Source: Leptonemataceae bacterium (GTDB lineage: Bacteria; Spirochaetota; Leptospiria; Leptospirales; Leptonemataceae). Taken from it: 64,000 bases of DNA. The translations under genes were made by a program, and so were the position numbers. Shown in pieces: positions 41,098-50,430 of this stretch (position 1 is the first letter of the stretch; each line of letters starts with the position of its first letter). The stretch lies in assembly GCA_965227295.1 (NCBI GenBank), contig OZ245742.1, positions 5,408,001-5,472,000 of the forward strand, written 5' to 3'. The notes under the pieces are model-generated. The model did no database searches and had not been told where the DNA came from. It was given only the letters and a program-made list of their open reading frames with translations.

Positions 41098-42705
41098 ATG
41101 GATGGATCTCCCGAACTCCTGGAATTCGCGATCAACTTTCGTGTGACCCCTTTGATGGTAACGTTTTTGATCGCCGCGTTGGGCCTGGCCTTCGGCGAAC
41201 TGAAAGTCTTCGGCGTCGGCTTCGGCAGTTCCGGCGTGTTGATCATCGCAATGTTCGCCGGTTACTTCTACGAACTGCCGTCTCTGCCGGAACTCCAGGA
41301 CCTGGGCATTGTGTTGTTTCTGTGGGCCGTGGGCATCGAGGCCGGGCCGCATTTCTTTCGGGCCTTTCGCCAGTCCGGGCGGCAGTTCATTGCCCTGGCG
41401 ATGTTCCTGCTCAGCGTGGCGGGTCTCACGGCGTACGTCGGCATGTGGTTCGGCTACAGCCCGTCATTGACCCTGGGCCTGCTCGCCGGGGCCATGACGA
41501 GTACGCCGGCATTGGTGAGCGCCACGCAGGTGGCCGAGCGCGCCCAGGTGATGCTGGGCTACGGCGTGGCGTATCCCTTCGGCCTGCTGGGTGTGATTTT
41601 GTTTATTCAGATTACCCTGAAAATTCTCCGCGGCCGCATGCGCGACGAAACGCCGGCCACCGCGATCGTGAACGGCATCTATCGCCTGGATAACCGTAAG
41701 TTCGACAAAAAGATGATTAAGGAACTGGACGTTTTCCGTCAGCACGAGGTCGTCGTGGCGTCGATTCTGCGCGACGGCACGATCCTGGCGGCCGGCGGTA
41801 AGACGGTCCTCGTGAAGGGGGACGTGCTGCGCATCGAAGGCAAGGCGGAGGACATCGAGGCCGCCGGAAAAATTCTCGGCAGCCCGGTCAGCACGGACAC
41901 TTCGGACGGAGACACCGGAGAACTGGATACGCGACTCATCGCCGTGGAGAACGTCGACAATGTGAACCGCTCGCTCTCGGAACTGGGCATTCGCCTGCGC
42001 TACAATGCGACGATCACGAAAGTGATTCGCGCGAGCTTTGAGATGTACCCGGACTCGAACCTGGTCCTGCACTTCGGTGACATCGTGGAGGTGGTCGGTT
42101 CCCCGCATCATCTCGACCAGATCGAACTCTTTCTCGGGCACAAACACAAGATGGTCCAGCCCCGGGTGGATATTCTGTCGTTCGTGGTGATGCTGGGTTT
42201 GTCGTTTCTGGCGGGCAACATCGTCATTCCGGCGCCGTTCATCGGCGAGCTCTCGCCGGGCATCGCCGGCGGGGCGTTGCTCATCGGCCTGCTCTTCGGT
42301 CACTTCGGGCGCATCGGCAACTTCATCGGCAGATTCCCCACGCACGCCGTCAAAGTAATGAAGGAGTTCGGCCTGGCCATGTTCTTCGTGCAACTCGGCA
42401 TCACGGCCGGCGCGGCGATCATCGGCAAACTGGGATACCACGTGCTCTACGACGTCGGCTTCGCCATGATCATGCTCACCACGCCCATGGCCGCAGCCCT
42501 GGTGTTCGGCTTCTTCGTACTTAAACTTTCACTGAGTCAATGTTACGGAGTGATCTGCGGCGGCATGACGTTTACGCCGGGCCTGGAGATCATCCGCACC
42601 GTGGACAAAAGCGAGAAACCCGTCGTCGCCTACTCCGCGGCCTACCCCGTGGCGCTGATCGCCATCATCGTGTTGATCCAGGTGCTGTATCGCATTGCGC
42701 CGTGA
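41098..42705 (+). CDS. AspT/YidE/YbjL family transporter with two TrkA-C domains
   Basis: G.SGVL, LFLWAVGIEAGP.FF, AGAMTSTPAL, YPFG; duplicated in C-half (CGGMTFTPGL, YSAAYP). Confidence 0.9.
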   Translation: MDGSPELLEFAINFRVTPLMVTFLIAALGLAFGELKVFGVGFGSSGVLIIAMFAGYFYELPSLPELQDLGIVLFLWAVGIEAGPHFFRAFRQSGRQFIALAMFLLSVAGLTAYVGMWFGYSPSLTLGLLAGAMTSTPALVSATQVAERAQVMLGYGVAYPFGLLGVILFIQITLKILRGRMRDETPATAIVNGIYRLDNRKFDKKMIKELDVFRQHEVVVASILRDGTILAAGGKTVLVKGDVLRIEGKAEDIEAAGKILGSPVSTDTSDGDTGELDTRLIAVENVDNVNRSLSELGIRLRYNATITKVIRASFEMYPDSNLVLHFGDIVEVVGSPHHLDQIELFLGHKHKMVQPRVDILSFVVMLGLSFLAGNIVIPAPFIGELSPGIAGGALLIGLLFGHFGRIGNFIGRFPTHAVKVMKEFGLAMFFVQLGITAGAAIIGKLGYHVLYDVGFAMIMLTTPMAAALVFGFFVLKLSLSQCYGVICGGMTFTPGLEIIRTVDKSEKPVVAYSAAYPVALIAIIVLIQVLYRIAP

Positions 42706-42724
42706 GCCGGGCGGGGCAACGCCC

Positions 42725-43642
42725 TCAGTCCACACAGAAATTTCGCCGATTCATCAAAAATTCACGCACCGAGGCATCCCGGGTCAGGCCGACGGCGCGA
42801 TCGTAGGCCGCGCGGGCTTCTTCGTATCGTTCGCAGCGGCGCAGGAGATCGGCCCGCACGGCCCAGGCGGCCTGGTACTGGCGCGCCCATTTTTCGGGAA
42901 CCTCGTCGAGCAGGCCCAGGGCGTAGCCGGGGCCGCGCAGTTCCGCCATCGCTGCCGCCCTTCCGACCAACGCGCCCACCGTCGGCGCGAATCGAATCAG
43001 TCCCTCATATAGCTGCGCGACGAGCGCCCAGTCCGTCCGCCCCGTGAGGCGACGCGCGGCGTGCACGGACTGGATGGCGGCTTCGAGCTGAAAACGTCCC
43101 GGCTGAGCGGCTCCCGTAACACCGGCCCGCCGGAGCAGGGCCTCGGCTTCCTCGATGCAATCGCCGCGCCACTGCCGCGGGTCCTGATCCCGGAGCGGGA
43201 CATAGGTGTCGCCGCCTTCCCGGCGGGCGTCCCGGCGCGCCTCGCAGTGCAGCAGGAGCGCCAGGAGCCCCAGGAGCCCCAGGGCCTCGGGTTCTTCCGG
43301 CAGGCGTTCGGCGACCAACCGTGCCAGGTACACGGCTTCGCCCGCTAACTTTGATTTACTGACATCTACGCTTGCGGCGTGCGTATGCCGGCATCGATAG
43401 ACGGGTGGGCGCAAACGAACATCAGGTTCAGGCGCTCGTCCGGGAAGACGGCATCGTCGGGCGCCGCGGCGGCGGTTTCGGCGGCGGGAAGGTCCTGCGC
43501 CAGACGCTCCATTTCACCGGACGCCTCCTCGCGATACGCGCCGCGACGCAGGCCGCCCACTAACTTTCGTCGTGCTACGGTTAGCAGCCAGGCCTCCGCC
43601 TGCTCCGGAACGCCGACGACAGGCCAGCGCTCGAGAGCAAAG
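42725..43642 (-). pseudogene. Decayed ECF sigma factor with DUF6596/TPR C-terminal extension
   Basis: Fragment 1 ALERWP..GVP....AWLLTVARRK...DERLNLMFVCAHPSI then stop; fragment 2 in another frame EAVYLARL..PEALGL...GRFQLEAAIQ..TDW; N-terminus and region 4 absent. Confidence 0.8.
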
Positions 43643-43714
43643 GAGGCGATTTGGACATCCGGAGAATAAAATCGCGTTCGAAACCGAAAAAAATCCGGCC
43701 CATCTTACAAATAC

Positions 43715-43739
43715 AAAAAGCCCGGTCGTTCGACCGGGC
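43715..43739 (-). terminator. Intrinsic terminator after the DUF962 gene
   Basis: Minus strand GCCCGGTC-GAAC-GACCGGGC-TTTTT. Confidence 0.75.
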
Positions 43740-43804
43740 CGTGCGGATCGCAATGAGCGGCGATGTTTTCCGTGAATGTAAGGCGAATCTTACAGCGCAA
43801 TGAC

Positions 43805-44347
43805 TCAGGCGTGAGCAGTTTCGAAGGTTTTGTATTTGCCCTGCTCTTTGAGGATCGACTTCACCTCTTCTTCGAGATGATTGCGGAAGCCCAGCATAAA
43901 GAAGACGTCCGCGACCACGAACATCGGAGCTGAGACCAACGCCTGGAACAGGTTGTCGAACAACGCCGGGCGTGATTTTTCGAAGGCGAAGTGACCGTAG
44001 AACTGGGTGCCCCAGCCGGTCAATTGGGCGATGACGAAGATGCTCCAGCCTACCGTCGCGCCGAAAAACGAAACGTAGTGGGCCGCGGCGAGCAGGCCGC
44101 CGAAGACGACGGTGGACGCCAGGGCGAAAACGAAGTCCAGCGTGAAGTAGTACAGCAACACGGCGGCGGTAAAGACCATGGCGGCCGTGATGTCGAACGG
44201 GATACCCGGCACGCTGAAGCTCAGCCAGCTCAGTACGACGAGCAGCGAAAACGAAATCATGGGCACGCCGACGACGTGGATCATGACGTTGCGGTGCTCC
44301 TGATGGTATGCGGAATAAAAGGCCATTTGTTGTGCGAATCGGCTCAT
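43805..44347 (-). CDS. DUF962/Mpo1-like membrane protein
   Basis: FYSAYHQ..RN..IH.VGVP, W..QF.GH..FEK.RPA; AGGAGG RBS. Confidence 0.9.
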   Translation of the reverse strand: MSRFAQQMAFYSAYHQEHRNVMIHVVGVPMISFSLLVVLSWLSFSVPGIPFDITAAMVFTAAVLLYYFTLDFVFALASTVVFGGLLAAAHYVSFFGATVGWSIFVIAQLTGWGTQFYGHFAFEKSRPALFDNLFQALVSAPMFVVADVFFMLGFRNHLEEEVKSILKEQGKYKTFETAHA

Positions 44348-44470
44348 GGGGTTCCTCCTGTATGCTGAGAATGTACCACAGGTTGCGCGCGGCTGCTTGA
44401 AAGATTCTGCCGGACGGAAAAAAATCGCGAGCGTGGTGCGGTGCACCGGGGCAGTGCGGAAGAATTCTTC

Positions 44471-44585
44471 GCGCCAGGGATACGCAGGATGCCGACGCAG
44501 TCGGCAGTCCGGAGCGCAAAGCGCGCAGGACCGAAGCGATAGCGGAGTCCGGAGTAGCCCGGTCGCCGCGCAGCGGCGAGGCGCC
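44471..44585 (-). repeat. Structured repeat copy A (Flavo-1-like motif)
   Basis: Minus strand GGCGCC...CCGGGCT...CTCCGCT...CGGTC...ATCCCTGGCGC; related to copies at 44661 and 58484. Confidence 0.7.
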
Positions 44586-44660
44586 AAAAAATGTATTTTG
44601 AACCCCTGTATTTTCAGTCAAGATTCAAAATGCTAGCTTATGATCAGATAAGATTAGTTT

Positions 44661-44774
44661 GGGCGTTCCCCTCGCTGCGCTCGGGTCGCGCTTTCCGGGG
44701 CTCCGCTTCGCTGCGGTCTCAGCCGCTTCACGTCTGAGACTGGCCCTTCGGGCCACCCCTCCAATCGCTAACGC
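44661..44774 (+). repeat. Structured repeat copy B (Flavo-1-like motif)
   Basis: GGGCGTTCCCC...GGGTCGCGCTTTCC...CTCCGCTTCGCTGCGGTC...CCAATCGCTAACGC. Confidence 0.7.
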
Positions 44775-44799
44775 GAAGAGACCGCCCACAGACATCGCC

Positions 44800-45399
44800 T
44801 CAGGAGAAGCCAATATCACTCATTGTTTCCCACCCTGACGTGCGTACATCCGGCACATATGCTATATACGGAAAAAGATTTATAGTTTGGAAATTGTGAA
44901 TCCAGCAATAAAGGAAAACGGGCTTCGTCGTGCCTCCGTTGTAAAGATCGTGAAGCCACGCCGGATACGGATGCTGCTCATGAAGAGGTTGCCCCGTAAT
45001 CTCTCCGGCAATGCTGTAAACACTCAAAAAGAGCCCCGCGAGACCCCGAACAATGGCGCCGGGATTCCAGACCATAGTGAAGGGTTTCGGAAGCAAAACT
45101 CCAATTGCTTCCGATCTTATCTTAGTGCGCACGCCAGATGATATGTCTCCCAGGTGCTTATCATATAGACTTAGATCGCTATTGCACTTCCGACAAATTG
45201 ATCTGAATTTCAGACCATTGCGTGTGGTCAGGATTCTTTGCCGAGGATCTACAGACAGCAGGTCATACACATCATATCTACCGATATTGGAGCAGATCCT
45301 CGGAGGCACATGATCCCAACTTAAGTGTGCTTTTTGACTGCAAAGTCTACAAACGCCGCTCTTGGGCCAACTAAATCGATCAAAAAATAAATTCCCCAT
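44800..45399 (-). CDS. AT-rich HNH-like Zn-binding protein, possibly truncated
   Basis: CRLC, WDHVPP, ICRKCN; visibly lower GC than flanks. Confidence 0.65.
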   Translation of the reverse strand: MGNLFFDRFSWPKSGVCRLCSQKAHLSWDHVPPRICSNIGRYDVYDLLSVDPRQRILTTRNGLKFRSICRKCNSDLSLYDKHLGDISSGVRTKIRSEAIGVLLPKPFTMVWNPGAIVRGLAGLFLSVYSIAGEITGQPLHEQHPYPAWLHDLYNGGTTKPVFLYCWIHNFQTINLFPYIAYVPDVRTSGWETMSDIGFS

Positions 45400-45435
45400 C
45401 CTTAACCCCGCCTTCCAGAGATTATGACACAGATC

Positions 45436-46626
45436 CTACTCCTCGAACAAGTCCGGCGTCGTCCCGTTCGCCGCGAGCACTTCGTCGATGAACGCCTTCA
45501 CGCTCATCAGTTCACCGCGGTCTTCCTTCTTACAGAAACTGTGATACTCGGCGGGGATCACCGGCACGACCTGTGCGGCGCGCATTTCCCGGAGCTGCGC
45601 GCTGGTGATGCCCTGCTGCAACGTGCACAGATGTTTCACCGGAATGCGATTCGCCTCGTTGAGAACCTGGCGCCAGCGATCCTTGCACGTGGTCTTCGCG
45701 CCCAGGAAATAAAGATTATCTGAACTAAAGTTAGCGTCCCGATACTCCATCGAGCCGGGAAAGATGAAGTCCGGCTTCTTGCCGTCTTCGGTGGCCTCCC
45801 CGAAGGCGTGGGGAATGCGCAACCGCGCGAACAAAAAACGCAGATGATTTTCCAGGGCCAGGCCCGCCCGGGACTTGCGGCGATTGTTGATTTCGAGGGA
45901 GATCGACAACAGCGATTCCAGATCGTCGAAGGGGCGTTCGAGCAGCGGTTCGTAAATCTTGCGCTCGATGCTGCGAAAGAGCGCGTATTCGATGTCGATG
46001 AGCCGCAGCAACGCCGCGTCGGGATTCGCCAGGCTCTGCGCATCGGCGCCGTGTAATTTTTGAAAGATGCGCTGGGCCCGCCGGGAGATGTCGTTGGTAT
46101 CCGGAAAGACCTCGCCGATTTCGCGCAGGTACTCTTCGCATTCGGGACGCAGGCGCTCTTCCAGATCGAAGCGCAACGTGCGCCCGCATTCCGCCGGAGT
46201 TACGCCGAGAAAGTTCAACACCGCCTCGATGTCCTCGTCACGATCCAGCACCCGCGCCTGGATATAGCCGCCGCTGTTGTCCTTCGGCGGAGCCATCAGC
46301 AAGAACAACGCGCCGAGGTACCGCTCTTCCTGGCCGTGAAAGTAATCGCGCACGCGCGTGAGCCGGTACTCGCTGCGCGATTCCTGGCCGTACCAGTGAA
46401 AGACGGACATGGTCCGCCGGCTGTCCCCCCACTCGATCGTCGTCGGATCGCTGGAGTAGTTCTCGCCGTCTTTGCCCGGCTCGCTCAAGAAAAACGGCCA
46501 GCAATCTTTTGTCAGATAAATGCCCGCCTGGTTCGCACCGGTGAGCCCGAGATCGTTGGCGGAGAGAAACTTTACGTAAGTGTGTTTCGCCGCGGAAATC
46601 GTACGCAGGACGTCCTGAATATCCAC
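45436..46626 (-). CDS. EcoRII-like type II restriction endonuclease
   Basis: N-domain KFLSANDLG.TG.NQAGIY; C-domain NRRKSRAG..LE.H, KPDF.FP, AKTTCKDRWRQ.LNEA.RI; ORF extends to 46704. Confidence 0.9.
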   Translation of the reverse strand: MDIQDVLRTISAAKHTYVKFLSANDLGLTGANQAGIYLTKDCWPFFLSEPGKDGENYSSDPTTIEWGDSRRTMSVFHWYGQESRSEYRLTRVRDYFHGQEERYLGALFLLMAPPKDNSGGYIQARVLDRDEDIEAVLNFLGVTPAECGRTLRFDLEERLRPECEEYLREIGEVFPDTNDISRRAQRIFQKLHGADAQSLANPDAALLRLIDIEYALFRSIERKIYEPLLERPFDDLESLLSISLEINNRRKSRAGLALENHLRFLFARLRIPHAFGEATEDGKKPDFIFPGSMEYRDANFSSDNLYFLGAKTTCKDRWRQVLNEANRIPVKHLCTLQQGITSAQLREMRAAQVVPVIPAEYHSFCKKEDRGELMSVKAFIDEVLAANGTTPDLFEE

Positions 46627-46767
46627 GGGGCTGTCGATGAGGAGGATCTGCACGGGACGATTCTTTTCACACCGGGGCTCCGGGGCACTGAGTTTTTTGC
46701 GCAACGATCGCAGAGTTTCGGACCATATGTCATTGACTCGTTAGCACCGTTCCGGCAGGATTTGATC

Positions 46768-47364
46768 ATGCAGGTCTATAGCTACATGCGCACCGCCGAC
46801 GCAAGGCCGCAACATGACGGCCTGCGGATGACCGCTCAGGAATACCTCCACCTACCGGACGACGGCTTCGGGTACGAATTGATCCGGGGGCTACTGGGAG
46901 TGAGTCCGAGCCAGTTTTTTCCACAGGGCAATAGTGCCGCACAGTTCGCGCGATTTCTTTTGAACTTTCTGGACGAGCATCCCATCGGCCAGGTCACACA
47001 GGAAGTGGACATCCACTTTGACGACGCCAACGTCCTGCGGCCGGACGTCTGTTACGTCGGCAACGATCAGCGGCAAATTATCAAAGGACACATCTACGGT
47101 GTGCCGCATCTCGTATGCGAAGTGCTCTCGGACGGCACGAAACGTCGGGACCTCGGGAGCAAGTCCGAGATCTATCTGCAATTCGGCGTGCGCGAGTACT
47201 GGATCGTCGATCCCATGGAACGTTTCGTCGAGAAGCGAAGTCATGTGCCGGCGAAGGATGATGCGCCGGCGCGGTGGGAGATCGTGCGCGGCGACGAAAT
47301 CGAGAGCGCGGTGCTGCCTGGATTGGTGATCGTCGGTGCGAAACTGTTTCCCGCACAGGACTGA
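46768..47364 (+). CDS. Uma2 family endonuclease-like protein
   Basis: MT..EYL.LPDD...YELI.G, PDV, P.LV.EVLS, K..IY...GVREYWIVDP. Confidence 0.9.
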   Translation: MQVYSYMRTADARPQHDGLRMTAQEYLHLPDDGFGYELIRGLLGVSPSQFFPQGNSAAQFARFLLNFLDEHPIGQVTQEVDIHFDDANVLRPDVCYVGNDQRQIIKGHIYGVPHLVCEVLSDGTKRRDLGSKSEIYLQFGVREYWIVDPMERFVEKRSHVPAKDDAPARWEIVRGDEIESAVLPGLVIVGAKLFPAQD

Positions 47365-47373
47365 GTGCATTTA

Positions 47374-47970
47374 ATGCCGGACGTGAGCGATTTCGAAAAA
47401 CTCCGCTCCGCCATGGAAGCTTATGCGCCGCTCTCGTCGCGGACCCGGGAAAGCCTGTTCTCCTTCTGCATCTCGAAAGATGTACGGACGAAGGAGCATC
47501 TCGTCACCGTGGGCAGCATTCCTAACAGTCTATACTTCGTAGTACGCGGTCTCTTTCGAATCTACACCACCGGCGAAAACGGTAAGGAGTTTAACAAAAA
47601 CTTCTTTGCCGAAAATATGTTCCCGGGTTCCATCGTGGCGCTCTTGCGAGGCGAACCGTCCGACTTCGGCATCCAGGCCCTGGAGCACTCCCGGATCATC
47701 GTCATCAACTTTGCCGCGTACCGAAAACTCCTGCAATCCAGTGATGATCTCAAGTGGTGGCACATTCAATATCTGGAAAAAAACTGGATCATCGAGCGCG
47801 AGGCGCAGGAGGTTTCTCTGGTTCTCAACTCCGCGTCGGAACGCTACCGGAACTTCCGCGAAAAACATCCCGGCCTGGTCGACCGCATTCCGCTGCATCA
47901 CATCGCGTCGCGTCTGGGAATTACTCCGACTCAGCTCAGCCGGTTGCGGCGCGGCGCGACCGAAAAATAA
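47374..47970 (+). CDS. Crp/Fnr family regulator
   Basis: cNMP-binding domain (LYFVVRGL.R.Y, IQALE); ERY..F...P.L..RIP..HIAS.LGITP.QLSR. Confidence 0.9.
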   Translation: MPDVSDFEKLRSAMEAYAPLSSRTRESLFSFCISKDVRTKEHLVTVGSIPNSLYFVVRGLFRIYTTGENGKEFNKNFFAENMFPGSIVALLRGEPSDFGIQALEHSRIIVINFAAYRKLLQSSDDLKWWHIQYLEKNWIIEREAQEVSLVLNSASERYRNFREKHPGLVDRIPLHHIASRLGITPTQLSRLRRGATEK

Positions 47971-48053
47971 TTTTCACGCTCTCAACCTATGTAAAGGACC
48001 GGGTGGCCGAGTTCGAGTAAGCTTCCGTTCGAATATCAAAAGACGGAGGCAAT

Positions 48054-48506
48054 ATGCACATACTCCTTATGATTCTGGTCGTACTGGCGGGTTCCGCCAT
48101 CGCGTTGCAGAGCGGCATGAGCGGGCAGTTGGGAAAACTCCTGAATCAACCGCTCTACGGAAGCCTGGTCGTCTACGCGACGAGCTTCATGTTTACGCTT
48201 CTCTTCCTGCTCATTCCCGGGCGAGGTCGCCTGCCCTGGCCGGGCGAAAACGCGGTGGCCGCGGTGCCCCTGCACCTCTGGTTCGCGGGCGGATTCCTCA
48301 GCGCCGTCGGCCTCGGCTGCGTCTACTGGATGTTGCCACGCCTGGGGGCCGCCCGGGTCATCGCCCTGGTTCTGATCGGGCAGGTAATCACCGGAATGAT
48401 CGCCGGACACTTCGGCTGGTTCGGGTTGCCGGAAAACCGCATCACCCTCGCCAGGTTCAGCGGATCACTGATGATGGCGGCGGGCGTAATATTAATCAAC
48501 CGGTGA
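48054..48506 (+). CDS. DMT family (YdcZ-like) inner membrane protein
   Basis: AG..IALQ, GG.L.A, PRLGAA, GQ, HFG.FG. Confidence 0.85.
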   Translation: MHILLMILVVLAGSAIALQSGMSGQLGKLLNQPLYGSLVVYATSFMFTLLFLLIPGRGRLPWPGENAVAAVPLHLWFAGGFLSAVGLGCVYWMLPRLGAARVIALVLIGQVITGMIAGHFGWFGLPENRITLARFSGSLMMAAGVILINR

Positions 48507-48522
48507 ACGAACATGGATTCTG

Positions 48523-49464
48523 CTACGGCGCGCCGGTTCCGAACACGGTCGAAAATCTGACACTGACGCCGTACTCCGGAGCGTCCGCGAATCCCAGGGG
48601 CACCGCCACCTGCAGGCTCACATCTTTCGCGAAATGCCAGGCGAAACCAGGGGCCGCGAAAGCCCAGGCCTCGTCGTGGTAACGTCCGAAACTCCCGCCG
48701 CCGCCGGACAGATAGGCGGCTTCAAACAGCAGGTCCCACTCTTCGGCCAGGGGATACAACAACTGCCCTCCGAATTCAAGGCCGGCCTCCTCTCCCAGAG
48801 CGAAGCCGAGCCACGGGACAATACGCAAATCCCCCGCGAAGAACGTCGCCGTCAGTCGGGGAATGAAAGCCGGACCGTCGCCGTACTGCCGCAGCGAATA
48901 CACCAAACGGCCGCCGAGGCTTAACTGTAGCTGACTATCGGTTAACGGCAAGCGCCAATCGGCGCCCAACGAAAACCGGCTCGCCGCTTCGGCCTGCCGG
49001 CAGGGCGGGCGCGCATCTGCGACCCCGCTGAAGTCCTGCAGCAGTTCTTCCAGCGCGCAGGCCGGTTCGTCGAAAAACTCCCGCGGGGGGGCCGATGCCA
49101 GGGCGTAGTCGAACTCGCCGGCGAAGAGCAAGTCGTCCGTGTAACCGTAGTTCGCGCGCAGGTACGTGGCCAGGATCGTGCGCTCTCCACCGAAGAACGA
49201 AACGGACGGCGCGAGTTCCACGGCCTCCGGCGCCGTGAAGGCATCGGGGGCGGCCTGGGGGACGAAGAACAATCCGCCGAAGCCGGCCGGGCGCCCCGGG
49301 GACGACTGCGAATCCTCTCCGAAGAGATCGTCGCCGTCGTCCGGTTCACTCTCCGTGAAGTAATCGTCCTGATTGCCGTCGTCGAAGTCGCCGCCCTGAG
49401 CGTAGAGTACTCCGGCAAACATGTAGCAAAAGAAGATTAAAAATGCGAGCGGAAGTCGAATCAT
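48523..49464 (-). CDS. Exported protein, probable outer membrane beta-barrel
   Basis: Signal peptide, acidic linker, alternating amphipathic strands with terminal aromatics. Confidence 0.6.
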   Translation of the reverse strand: MIRLPLAFLIFFCYMFAGVLYAQGGDFDDGNQDDYFTESEPDDGDDLFGEDSQSSPGRPAGFGGLFFVPQAAPDAFTAPEAVELAPSVSFFGGERTILATYLRANYGYTDDLLFAGEFDYALASAPPREFFDEPACALEELLQDFSGVADARPPCRQAEAASRFSLGADWRLPLTDSQLQLSLGGRLVYSLRQYGDGPAFIPRLTATFFAGDLRIVPWLGFALGEEAGLEFGGQLLYPLAEEWDLLFEAAYLSGGGGSFGRYHDEAWAFAAPGFAWHFAKDVSLQVAVPLGFADAPEYGVSVRFSTVFGTGAP

Positions 49465-50430
49465 TCAATAACTGAGCGGGGCCGGAAATACGAAGTTGAT
49501 GCCGAAGATGTAACCGAACCTCTCGACGACCTCCGGCGGCGGCGGTCCGAAGTTCTGGTTCTTGAGCGTATTCACGCAGGCCTCATCCACGCGGCTCTGG
49601 CCGATGCTCTCCACGATCTTCACATCGATGACCCGGCCGTCGGGATCGAGGAGAAACTGTACGCGGACGATCTGGGGTTTCACCTGTTCGTTGACCACGA
49701 CGCCGTAGGGATCGCGGTAGGCCCAGTTCCCGAGCAACGGAAAACCTTCCCGGATCTGGCGGATCATGCGACGAAAGTACGGGGCGCCGACGAGCTCTTC
49801 GCGAGCGATCGAAAACATTTCGCGCCCGTCGTAACGCAGCGCGAAGTCCTGCTGAAAACGATAGTTCGCCGGAATGCGCGTGAGGCGGCCGGTGCCCTTC
49901 TGGCCGCTGTTGCCTGGATTGTTCGAAGCCGTGCTCTTGCGTTCCGGATCGGGGCGCGCCTCGTTTTGCGGATCGATGTTGTCGCCCTCGCCGGTGGGAC
50001 GGCGGCGTTGATCCTGACTGCGTTCCTCTTGTTGCGGCTGCGCGGCCGGCACCGCGGGACTGCCGCCGAGTTCCATGGTGTCGTCGGCGGTGAGCGTGTG
50101 AAAGCCCGGCGCGACGGTAATGGCTCCCTGACCCTCGGCACTGACGTCGGAAAGCGCGCGGATTTGATTGCTCTGTGCCTTCGGGGCGAACTCCTGTTCG
50201 ACCAGCACCGGATAGACGCGCTGCATGCGCTCGCGATTCTGCGCGACAAGCTGCGGTTCGTTTAACGTGGAAAGGATGGGCGCAATGTGACGCGCGTAGA
50301 TTTGTCCGAAGACCAGGCTGAACACCAGGAGCACGGGCACGCCGGCCGCGATGAGGCGGTGGTCGTCGTCGTTCGCTCGCGGGAGCGGCCGGTGAAAACT
50401 AAAAAGGAAGGTCTTGATCGCCGAAAGCAT
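49465..50430 (-). CDS. TonB C-terminal domain protein
   Basis: Single TM, low-complexity linker, VRVQFLLDPDGRVIDVKIVES.G...VDEA...FGPPP. Confidence 0.8.
   Translation of the reverse strand: MLSAIKTFLFSFHRPLPRANDDDHRLIAAGVPVLLVFSLVFGQIYARHIAPILSTLNEPQLVAQNRERMQRVYPVLVEQEFAPKAQSNQIRALSDVSAEGQGAITVAPGFHTLTADDTMELGGSPAVPAAQPQQEERSQDQRRRPTGEGDNIDPQNEARPDPERKSTASNNPGNSGQKGTGRLTRIPANYRFQQDFALRYDGREMFSIAREELVGAPYFRRMIRQIREGFPLLGNWAYRDPYGVVVNEQVKPQIVRVQFLLDPDGRVIDVKIVESIGQSRVDEACVNTLKNQNFGPPPPEVVERFGYIFGINFVFPAPLSY

Noticed and set aside
44471..44774. tRNA or simple terminators
   Set aside because: No T-loop/anticodon cloverleaf or CCA; multi-stem repeat shared with 58484-58591
46060..46767. 434-aa version of the Uma2 ORF as a fusion protein
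   Set aside because: The N-terminal part is antisense to the EcoRII-like gene; Uma2 homology starts near 46768
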